A stretch of 43,042 nucleotides of DNA, from IMG/VR virus record IMGVR_UViG_3300029590_000018; one strand, given 5' to 3'. This DNA is from a virus. Below the pieces are notes generated by a model. It saw only the letters and a program-made list of their open reading frames with translations. It did no database searches and was not told the DNA's origin. Position 1 is the first letter of the stretch. Each line of letters begins with the position of its first letter. This document shows, in pieces, positions 18,132-24,669 of the stretch. The translations under genes were made by a program, and so were the position numbers.

Positions 18132-19366
18132 GCAATAACTCCCATTCTGCGGCTGACAGGCTCTAACGCATATCTCGTCGCGTCAATCAGGTGGTTGTTC
18201 GCGTCAGGGTAGCCGCTAATAATGTCGCCGTCTTTGTTTCGTTCGTATTCGTATCCAACAAATTCATCGTAAGCGTGCGGTGTGCGTCGCCTGTCAATGA
18301 CGATTGTTCTTCTCTGCAAAAACTTCATGCCGTATTCCACCGAACCGGGGCCTTTTACCGCTTCATACGCAGGTAGCCCCATTGCCCGAAGGTCAGCAAC
18401 GCTCTTCGGTTCTGCGCTGTCGCAGATTGTTCGCACGTTGTTATATCCACGCTGCTTTATCATAACCGCGCTCTGCTCGTTGGACAGCTTGTTTTGATAA
18501 ATCTCGTCCAGTAGATAGATCGTCTCTCTCGCTCGATCATAATGCAGCCGAATAAAAGCGAACGGGTCGGGGAACCAGCCAAAGTCCACTCCCTGATAGA
18601 TGCGGTCAAAACTTTTGACTTCTTCATCTGTGATCTCCCGCAGCACAAGCTTGTCAAACACATTGCCGCCCGTGCCGACCGGGATACCGAGATATTCGTG
18701 CTGATACGCGCGCTCGTCTGTCTCTTTGAGGTGTTCCGCTTCTGCAAGAAACTGTTCTCCCAGCCACTCGGGCGGTGCTTGCAGATACGTGGACTTATGA
18801 CACAGCCGGTCAGCGCGTTCTTCCAAACTGTCCTTGTTTGCCCAGTTGTCACGCGAAATAGGCGGGTTGTAGCTTTCAAAGTTCCAGAACACCGAGCCAC
18901 CGCGCATGGTCGACTGCAAAATGTTTCGGATTTCCGCACGTCCGGCAAACTGGTCTTTCTCCTCAAAGTGCGTCACGGCAATATAGCCAAACGGCACCTT
19001 AATAGACTTGATCTTCATGGGGTCGTCAGCGCCGCGAAACATGATCTTTTGGCCTGTCGGCTTGTAGATCAGCTCCATTGGGGATACTTTCGCGTCCCAA
19101 TACGCCGCCATGCCCAACTCGCCGATTGCCCAGATATACTGTGCATAAACGCTATCGCGGATTGTATTTGCCACCTTGCGCAACACAAGCGCATGCGTTC
19201 CCGGATTGCCAACCAGCAAAAGCGGTACAAGAATTGATACTGTGGAGGATTTCAGTGAGCCACGACCGCCGCTAAAATCGTAGTGCGTGTGGCCGTGGTG
19301 GAACACGTCATGTGCCACGTCGTAGAATGCAGAGCCGATTTTTTCAGACAGGCGAATGTCAGACAT
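18128..19366 (-). CDS. terL: Terminase large subunit (PBSX family)
   Basis: Walker A-like GGRGSLKSS, with nuclease-domain acidic motifs. ATG at 19366 with RBS AAGGTGG. Overlaps the terS stop. Confidence 0.9.
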   Translation of the reverse strand: MSDIRLSEKIGSAFYDVAHDVFHHGHTHYDFSGGRGSLKSSTVSILVPLLLVGNPGTHALVLRKVANTIRDSVYAQYIWAIGELGMAAYWDAKVSPMELIYKPTGQKIMFRGADDPMKIKSIKVPFGYIAVTHFEEKDQFAGRAEIRNILQSTMRGGSVFWNFESYNPPISRDNWANKDSLEERADRLCHKSTYLQAPPEWLGEQFLAEAEHLKETDERAYQHEYLGIPVGTGGNVFDKLVLREITDEEVKSFDRIYQGVDFGWFPDPFAFIRLHYDRARETIYLLDEIYQNKLSNEQSAVMIKQRGYNNVRTICDSAEPKSVADLRAMGLPAYEAVKGPGSVEYGMKFLQRRTIVIDRRRTPHAYDEFVGYEYERNKDGDIISGYPDANNHLIDATRYALEPVSRRMGVIA

Positions 19367-19772
19367 CAATAACCACCTTGACGGAATCCGTTCTTATTTT
19401 TGTCTCGTTCACTTCCCGCCAACCAAAATTGCAGCCAAGCGAGAATTTTGCGCCGTTCGCACCGTCTTTGTCGTAGAGCCGAGATTCGGCATATTCTTCA
19501 CATCTGGACTTTGCGCGCGTAACCGTGTCCGCAAACTCCGGCCTTGCTTGATAATCCAGCAGCGCTTGTCTCCCTGTGAATCCAAGCGCCAATGCAAGCC
19601 CCGTGATTGTCGGCGGCTTTGCGTTGATGATGATCGGCACTCCGTACTTATCGCGCACGGCACAGCCGTCATCTCCGATAAACGGTTCACCTTCGCACTC
19701 TTTGAAGTAAGCGTCAATGGCCTCCTGCATTGCCTTTACGCTTTTCCATTTTCTTGGCGCTCCACCCGCCAT
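19359..19772 (-). CDS. terS: Terminase small subunit
   Basis: 137 aa directly upstream of terL. The PTITGLALALGF HTH segment is typical of Terminase_2-type small subunits. RBS AAGGGAG. Confidence 0.8.
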   Translation of the reverse strand: MAGGAPRKWKSVKAMQEAIDAYFKECEGEPFIGDDGCAVRDKYGVPIIINAKPPTITGLALALGFTGRQALLDYQARPEFADTVTRAKSRCEEYAESRLYDKDGANGAKFSLGCNFGWREVNETKIRTDSVKVVIDV

Positions 19773-19866
19773 ACGCTCACTCCCTTTCGTTTTGCTACCG
19801 GCCCCCGCCCCTTGGCCTTACATAGCAGACTTACCCGCCCAATTGGGCACTCCTACTATTTTTTTG

Positions 19867-19956
19867 AACGGACGGCTGGAGTCGAACCAGCGACCAAGGG
19901 TATTCAATCGCATATCCCTTCACGCGATAAAGCTCTGCCGACTGAGCTACGCCCGC
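19867..19956 (-). tRNA. Aberrant tRNA-like element (canonical acceptor, D and T arms; 40-nt non-canonical anticodon/variable region)
   Basis: Minus strand: GCGGGCG-TA-GCTCAGTCGGCAGAGC ... GCTGG-TTCGACT-CCAGC-CGTCCGT. There are 40 nt between the D and T stems instead of about 23, and I could not fold a 5-bp/7-nt anticodon arm. Confidence 0.55.
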
Positions 19957-20426
19957 ATTTGCTCGGCTTGCCGCTTAGATTGTCACGCCTCATGCGCGCT
20001 TGAAGCCCCGCAAGCATTTCAAGCGGCCACACATTGGCTATCGCAAGGGGGACGCATCCCCACGGCAGTTTTCAGCGGCCATTGTCATTTGCATGTGAGC
20101 CATGCCGGACGGTCTCACATTGTCCGGGCGCTACCCGGCCTCTAATACCACACCGCGCTGCGCCTTTTCATCAGCCACGCACTGTTTTTGCGGATTAACT
20201 GTCCGCCGCTATCCGGATAGCTTGTGCGTACTTAACTTCTCGCGCTTCCTCGCCCGCTTGTGTGGTTGGTGCGGCATTGCAGTCCTGCCCTGCTTTAGCG
20301 CTTCAGGGAAAGCCCCTGTCACTCGCTGTGGTCTCCTCACACTACGGGGTACCTATGCCGCATATATGTCCGGTTTCCACGGTTACCCCACTTGTTTATA
20401 CTCCGTTGGTGACTCCGTTTAGAGTT
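19957..20426 (-). ncRNA. Candidate large structured non-coding RNA between the two tRNA-type elements
   Basis: 470 nt with no minus-strand ORF of 60 aa or more. Many GC-rich local helices paired by eye, for example 19998-20004/20018-20024, 20048-52/20057-61, 20094-99/20114-19, 20124-28/20134-38, 20190-94/20202-06, 20304-08/20314-18 and 20346-51/20384-89. Confidence 0.45.
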
Positions 20427-20501
20427 TGGCGCAGGCGGCTGGAATCGAACCAGCACATACGGGAGTCAAAGTCCCGTGCCTTACCTTTTGGCTACACCCG
20501 C
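20427..20501 (-). tRNA. tRNA-Gln: tRNA-Gln (anticodon UUG), CCA encoded
   Basis: 75 nt: GCGGGTG-TA-GCC-AAAAGGTAA-GGC-A-CGGGA-CTTTGAC-TCCCG-TATGT-GCTGG-TTCGATT-CCAGC-CGCCTGC-G-CCA. Cloverleaf folded by hand, with a D-arm like bacterial tRNA-Gln. Confidence 0.9.
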
Positions 20502-20503
20502 AT

Positions 20504-20540
20504 AAAAACAGACACCCGCGAGATATCCCGTGAGTGTCTG
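20504..20540 (-). terminator. Hairpin plus U-tract (terminator or structural element) immediately 5' of tRNA-Gln
   Basis: Minus strand: CAGACAC(N18)GTGTCTG followed by TTTTT, ending 3 nt before the tRNA. Confidence 0.45.
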
Positions 20541-20678
20541 CATGCCGGTAACGCCCTTGCGAGGCCGCTTGCGCGGAGGCACCCATTACCGGCTGTGCCT
20601 TAACCTATGGAGGGAAGAAAGAGGAGAAAAATGAAATTTCGGGTTGTGGGCTGACTGGTTCCACTCTCCGATGATACT

Positions 20679-20687
20679 ATTTTAGCA
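20679..20687 (-). promoter_or_regulatory. Possible extended -10 promoter (TGCTAAAAT) for the non-coding/tRNA block
   Basis: The minus strand reads TGCTAAAAT. No good -35 element. Lies just downstream of the late-activator gene stop. Confidence 0.25.
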
Positions 20688-20715
20688 CGTTTTTATGTGC
20701 CTAATGGGCCAACTT

Positions 20716-21159
20716 TTAGGAAACCAGGCCCAAATAATCTGCTACGTGCCACAAAAATGCAGCTTTGCGGCGCTTCATGGTTCTCTCGCTGAATCCGCAT
20801 CCGTCCATGATTCTAAGCGGGTATCTGTCCCGGTTCTCGCAATTCCGCATGATCACCCACACCAGCTTGCGCCGCACGTTCTCATTGGCAATATCCCGGC
20901 CCACGTTGTCCATGGCGTATTCCACGGCCCGCATTTTCTTTGTCTCCGGCCAGTTCTCTATGGTTGCCAGCCGTTCCGCCTTGCGCTCGGCTATCCTGCT
21001 GTTACCGGGGCTATGCGGCATACCAGACATGGCAAATGATGATGCTTCCAGCACTTCTTCTCGGGCCGCATTGTACGCGCGGACCCGGCGGGGATAGCCC
21101 CTGACGTAGGCGATACACTCCATGCGGATATCGTAGGGGAGCGAGTATTTGTTGCTCAT
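20716..21159 (-). CDS. Putative late-gene transcriptional activator (RinA/ArpU-like)
   Basis: 147-aa basic protein in the position typical of late activators, as the last gene before the packaging module. RBS GGAGGTG. Family assignment not verified. Confidence 0.45.
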   Translation of the reverse strand: MSNKYSLPYDIRMECIAYVRGYPRRVRAYNAAREEVLEASSFAMSGMPHSPGNSRIAERKAERLATIENWPETKKMRAVEYAMDNVGRDIANENVRRKLVWVIMRNCENRDRYPLRIMDGCGFSERTMKRRKAAFLWHVADYLGLVS

Positions 21160-21437
21160 GTAGCACCTCCAGGAGTGTCATAGAACCCCTCCGGTTCCGT
21201 GCCCTTTATAATCAACGTGTTTGGTCTGTTTCCCTGATACACCGTCACGTCCCGCCCAAACACATGCGCCTTGGCGAACGTATGGCGGAATGGTTTCACG
21301 GCGCCATGTACATGAATTTTCAAGCACGCGCCGCAAAAGGAACCATCAGAGCTCCCTACAAAGTGCTCTTCCACATCCGCAATAGCAAGCTTGGGCTCTT
21401 CGCACAAGATTATTGGGACCCCTCTGTAAACGTTCAT
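21156..21437 (-). CDS. Hypothetical protein (93 aa)
   Basis: ORF with RBS AGGAGGT. 4-nt overlap with the downstream gene. Confidence 0.6.
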   Translation of the reverse strand: MNVYRGVPIILCEEPKLAIADVEEHFVGSSDGSFCGACLKIHVHGAVKPFRHTFAKAHVFGRDVTVYQGNRPNTLIIKGTEPEGFYDTPGGAT

Positions 21438-21445
21438 CGTACCTC

Positions 21446-21718
21446 CTATTCCAGCGCCGTCTCAACGCCGTACTCTTTGAGCATCTGCCGGATATCTGCC
21501 CAGGTAACGTACCCTTCCGCCACGCACTGAGCGGCGTGGTTTAGCTCCCAGGCAAGCTGCTGCACATCGTCCATCGGCGCGTCGTGCTTATCGATCAGGA
21601 CATACAGCATCAGATCTATGCCCCGGTTCAAGCCCTCCACAATGCCGTTGCTGTAGGCTTTGTCTACGTCGGCCTGTGTGCGGGGTATTCTGCGGGGGTT
21701 AGTCTTGGGCATGGGCAT
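21446..21718 (-). CDS. Hypothetical protein (about 90 aa)
   Basis: ATG at 21718 preceded by GAGGAGGGAGG. The upstream part of the 108-aa ORF overlaps the preceding gene. Confidence 0.55.
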   Translation of the reverse strand: MPMPKTNPRRIPRTQADVDKAYSNGIVEGLNRGIDLMLYVLIDKHDAPMDDVQQLAWELNHAAQCVAEGYVTWADIRQMLKEYGVETALE

Positions 21719-22010
21719 CCTCCCTCCTCTTGCCGTAAGCGCACCAGAATTCCGGTGGCACATGGCATTCAAGGCACGGGCCGTATGAGCATATCAGACC
21801 ATCCACTACGTAGTAGCTGTTCTCGCAATCTTTGCACCGCACCACCGGGGCCACGTCGGCGGCTGGGGCCACGCGAAGCAGTCCTGCCGCAATATCCAAG
21901 CCATCACAGCGCCCGACTAAATATTGGCTGCTCGCACTGTTATAATACCTGTTTCTGCTGTCAACAATCGCCTTAATCGTTGCTTCCCGCTCAATGTATT
22001 CAGCCATCAT
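21699..22010 (-). CDS. Hypothetical Cys-rich protein (about 103 aa)
   Basis: ATGATG at 22010 overlaps the TGA of the upstream gene, with RBS AAGGAGGA. CxxC pairs (RCKDCENS, CLECH) suggest a zinc ribbon. Confidence 0.55.
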   Translation of the reverse strand: MMAEYIEREATIKAIVDSRNRYYNSASSQYLVGRCDGLDIAAGLLRVAPAADVAPVVRCKDCENSYYVVDGLICSYGPCLECHVPPEFWCAYGKRREDAHAQD

Positions 22011-22312
22011 CAATCCTCCTTGAACGCATTGTAGTGGCACCCCATACACTTGGGGAACACATCGTCAGGGTTTTCTTCCTGATACTCTGCAAATTTTTGT
22101 GCCTTTTCTCTGGACTCGAAAACAGAAGAATAGTGAACGACCGGATTTGTATTCCGTCTGTAAGATGGGCTGTAAATGCCGCAGTAGAGTGCGCCCTGAT
22201 AGTCGCAGCATACAATTTCTTTGATTGTCCCCTTGTACACTTTGTTGGAGCAATTCACCCACCAAACGGTATCTCCAACATTCAGTTTTGTCTTAATGTC
22301 AGACATCTTCAT
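22010..22312 (-). CDS. Hypothetical protein (about 100 aa)
   Basis: RBS GGAGGGG, then ATGAAGATG. The start is at 22312 or 22306. Confidence 0.55.
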   Translation of the reverse strand: MKMSDIKTKLNVGDTVWWVNCSNKVYKGTIKEIVCCDYQGALYCGIYSPSYRRNTNPVVHYSSVFESREKAQKFAEYQEENPDDVFPKCMGCHYNAFKED

Positions 22313-22523
22313 CCCCTCCAAATTCCGCCTCGTACTGCTCCGGCGTGATAATCTCAATGTCCTTTGCGGAATAGCCCAAGGTGTCGAGGCACATCAACCG
22401 GACCAGCTTTTCCTTGTCAATAGACGCCGCAGCGTCCTCATAGGATACGCCGGGTTTTGCCTCAAAGCTGATTTGAGCGCCGAACGCCCCAGCCACGCTA
22501 AAGCAGATTTTGTATTCAGCCAT
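22299..22523 (-). CDS. Hypothetical protein (74 aa)
   Basis: ORF with RBS GGAGGAG. Packed in the operon. Confidence 0.55.
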   Translation of the reverse strand: MAEYKICFSVAGAFGAQISFEAKPGVSYEDAAASIDKEKLVRLMCLDTLGYSAKDIEIITPEQYEAEFGGDEDV

Positions 22524-23061
22524 CCTTCATCTCCTCCACATAGCACCAACTCTGCGGCGCGCGCTTGATATGACCGCCATTTTCGCATGATGCACACCCA
22601 AATTCATCACACACTTTGTCTATGCAGTTTTCAAACGGGCGCGAAAACTTGCTCAGCTCCTTCGGCGTATCGTAGATTTTTAGGCCGGAGATATGCCAAC
22701 CGTAACAACGCCCCTTATCGCCGATATAAGCTATAATTTCTGCCTGAGATAAGCACGTCGCAGGGGAAAAGGCGGCATTTGTTGGACACCATAGCCTGCC
22801 GCCATCGTATGTGATCGGGACAATCCGCTCACAGGCAAACTCCCCAATGACCTTGCCGTTAGCCTTGCGGATTTTCCCGTCTGCACCGTGCAGCTCAAGA
22901 ATGTTGTGCGGGTCCTTCGCGTCAGGCATCGTACAGTAGATGTACGCCTTGAACGGCGTTTCCAGCTTTGGCCTGGTCTTTCTGACTTCGATGGTCTTTT
23001 CACCGCTGGCGATCTTCTCCACCCACTTGGGGCGGATGCTCAGCATAACAGCCTTACTCAT
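22516..23061 (-). CDS. ASCH (PUA-like) domain protein
   Basis: The N-terminus MLSIRPKWVEKIASGEKTIEVRK matches the typical ASCH-domain start. C-terminal Cys cluster. Confidence 0.6.
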   Translation of the reverse strand: MSKAVMLSIRPKWVEKIASGEKTIEVRKTRPKLETPFKAYIYCTMPDAKDPHNILELHGADGKIRKANGKVIGEFACERIVPITYDGGRLWCPTNAAFSPATCLSQAEIIAYIGDKGRCYGWHISGLKIYDTPKELSKFSRPFENCIDKVCDEFGCASCENGGHIKRAPQSWCYVEEMKDG

Positions 23062-23558
23062 TTCTTCATCGCCCCCAATGCGTTCTCCGCCTCCTCGCGG
23101 GTGAGAAATACGGTCTTGCCAAATCCGTTTAGCGCTACGCCATACTCCCGCCCTCTGGCGTCTATTGGCTCAAGGCCAATAAAGCCGATTTTATTGCCCA
23201 TACCAATCTGCTTGACCTCGCACTCGCTTATATGCTTATCCGTGTCCAACAAGGCAAACACCCGCTGTCCCACCTTGCACGGCAGCACCACCAGCCGCCC
23301 GTCCTTGTCGGCCTCGGCCAGCACCCTTACTCGGCTAATGCCACCGCACTCTCCGACAATAGTGCAAAGGTCGCTCCAGTCTTTAACCAGCGCAGCCACT
23401 TCCTCCGGCGTCAGCCCCGTGTCCTCGTAGGCGGCGAGGCGTTCAACCAGACAGTCAAACGATGGGCAATCTATGCAATCCATGTCCACATTGCAGCTAC
23501 CAGAACACTTCATGTAATGGTCGGTGCCAAGATAATGCTTTTCCGTCAGTCGTTCCAT
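23058..23558 (-). CDS. Hypothetical protein (about 166 aa)
   Basis: ATG at 23558 overlaps the upstream TGA, with RBS GGAGGCGGAG. N-terminal Cys-rich segment. Confidence 0.55.
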   Translation of the reverse strand: MERLTEKHYLGTDHYMKCSGSCNVDMDCIDCPSFDCLVERLAAYEDTGLTPEEVAALVKDWSDLCTIVGECGGISRVRVLAEADKDGRLVVLPCKVGQRVFALLDTDKHISECEVKQIGMGNKIGFIGLEPIDARGREYGVALNGFGKTVFLTREEAENALGAMKK

Positions 23559-23851
23559 CACTCCGCCTCCCGCATCCAAAACTCACGGCGGCAATCGAGG
23601 CATCCAGTGTAACGATTCAATTCGCAGATATAATTTTTGTCAACATTTCTTGGGCACATCCCAACAGTACCATCACGGTCCACCATGCAGTTTGGCCACT
23701 GCTCCAAAAACACACTCTGCCGCGTCTTGCGCGGGTGTGCGGCAGACCATTCCTCGGTGTTCTTCACAATTTGCGCCGCATCAACGCCCCACACCTCACT
23801 CATGGTGCCGCACATTCTGTTCCGCTCCTCAATAAACTTCACAGCATCCAT
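23558..23851 (-). CDS. Hypothetical protein (about 97 aa)
   Basis: ATG at 23851 overlaps the upstream TGA, with RBS GGAGGGA. Confidence 0.55.
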   Translation of the reverse strand: MDAVKFIEERNRMCGTMSEVWGVDAAQIVKNTEEWSAAHPRKTRQSVFLEQWPNCMVDRDGTVGMCPRNVDKNYICELNRYTGCLDCRREFWMREAE

Positions 23852-24225
23852 CACATATCCCTCCATCTGCACCCGTCACAGGCGCCCTCGTGTGCTTGTT
23901 TGTACTTCCCGCAGTATTGGCACAGCTCGTTTTTCGTGGCGTGCAGTTCGCTTTGCTCCTCCTCCACCGCCACGGCCTTGGCAAACTGCGCCAGTCCCTC
24001 GCTCATCTTCTCGATCTTCGCATCCCGCCGCATGATGGTGTCCCGCAGGGCGTCGTTGGCCTGCAACAGCTCATCGATGTGCCGCTGCTGGTTCTCAATC
24101 AGGTCAGCGGCGTATCCCATCGCTTTTTCGATACATCCAAACTCGGCAATCAATGGACACGCTCCTTCGCATTTCTTATGCTGCTCGCAGCTCCGCAGCG
24201 CGGTCACGATTTCCTTTTGTGTCAT
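23851..24225 (-). CDS. Hypothetical coiled-coil / Cys-motif protein (about 124 aa)
   Basis: ATG at 24225 with RBS GGAGGA embedded in the end of the Dam gene. Confidence 0.55.
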   Translation of the reverse strand: MTQKEIVTALRSCEQHKKCEGACPLIAEFGCIEKAMGYAADLIENQQRHIDELLQANDALRDTIMRRDAKIEKMSEGLAQFAKAVAVEEEQSELHATKNELCQYCGKYKQAHEGACDGCRWRDM

Positions 24226-24668
24226 GTCATTCCTCCTCGCCAAATGGCAATCATGCTGGGAAACGGTGCCGTTCCCATCGGCTTTCCGTCCATCTCGAAT
24301 TTCAGCCGACCGCGCAGGAATCGGATCTCCGCCTTGCCCAGAATGTAGTCGTGAAAACTGGCACGGTCAGTCCGCGCCGGAATCAACAGCACCACCGTTG
24401 TCCCTGGTTTCTGTCCTTCGCGGTAACACTTCTCCGTCCACAGCCCGGTTTCCTTGCTTCCGTAGGGCGGGTTACAAAACACTGTTTCGCCCCCCCAATT
24501 TTGCCGCAAACCATCATCGTTTTGCGTGAAATACCGCGCACACTTGTGGTTTTCGTCACTGGATGCGACGTCCAGCGTGAAATGGAACTCCGCGTCCAGC
24601 TCATCAAAGAGCCTTTGCGGTGTTTCCCAGAAATTCTTATCGCTGGAAAACAAAGCGTCGTTCACCAT
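24222..24668 (-). CDS. Phage N6-adenine DNA methyltransferase (Dam-like)
   Basis: 148 aa with the catalytic NPPY motif (FCNPPYG) and the WETPQRLFDELD start typical of phage N-6-adenine methyltransferases. Confidence 0.85.
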   Translation of the reverse strand: MVNDALFSSDKNFWETPQRLFDELDAEFHFTLDVASSDENHKCARYFTQNDDGLRQNWGGETVFCNPPYGSKETGLWTEKCYREGQKPGTTVVLLIPARTDRASFHDYILGKAEIRFLRGRLKFEMDGKPMGTAPFPSMIAIWRGGMT

Positions 24669-24669
24669 G

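Noticed and set aside
19356-20603. Plus-strand ORFs of 215, 142, 106 and 113 aa covering the tRNA region
   Set aside because: They run antisense through a bona fide tRNA-Gln and a tRNA-like element. They are Arg/Pro/Cys/Leu-rich and lack RBSs. The region is better explained as non-coding RNA.
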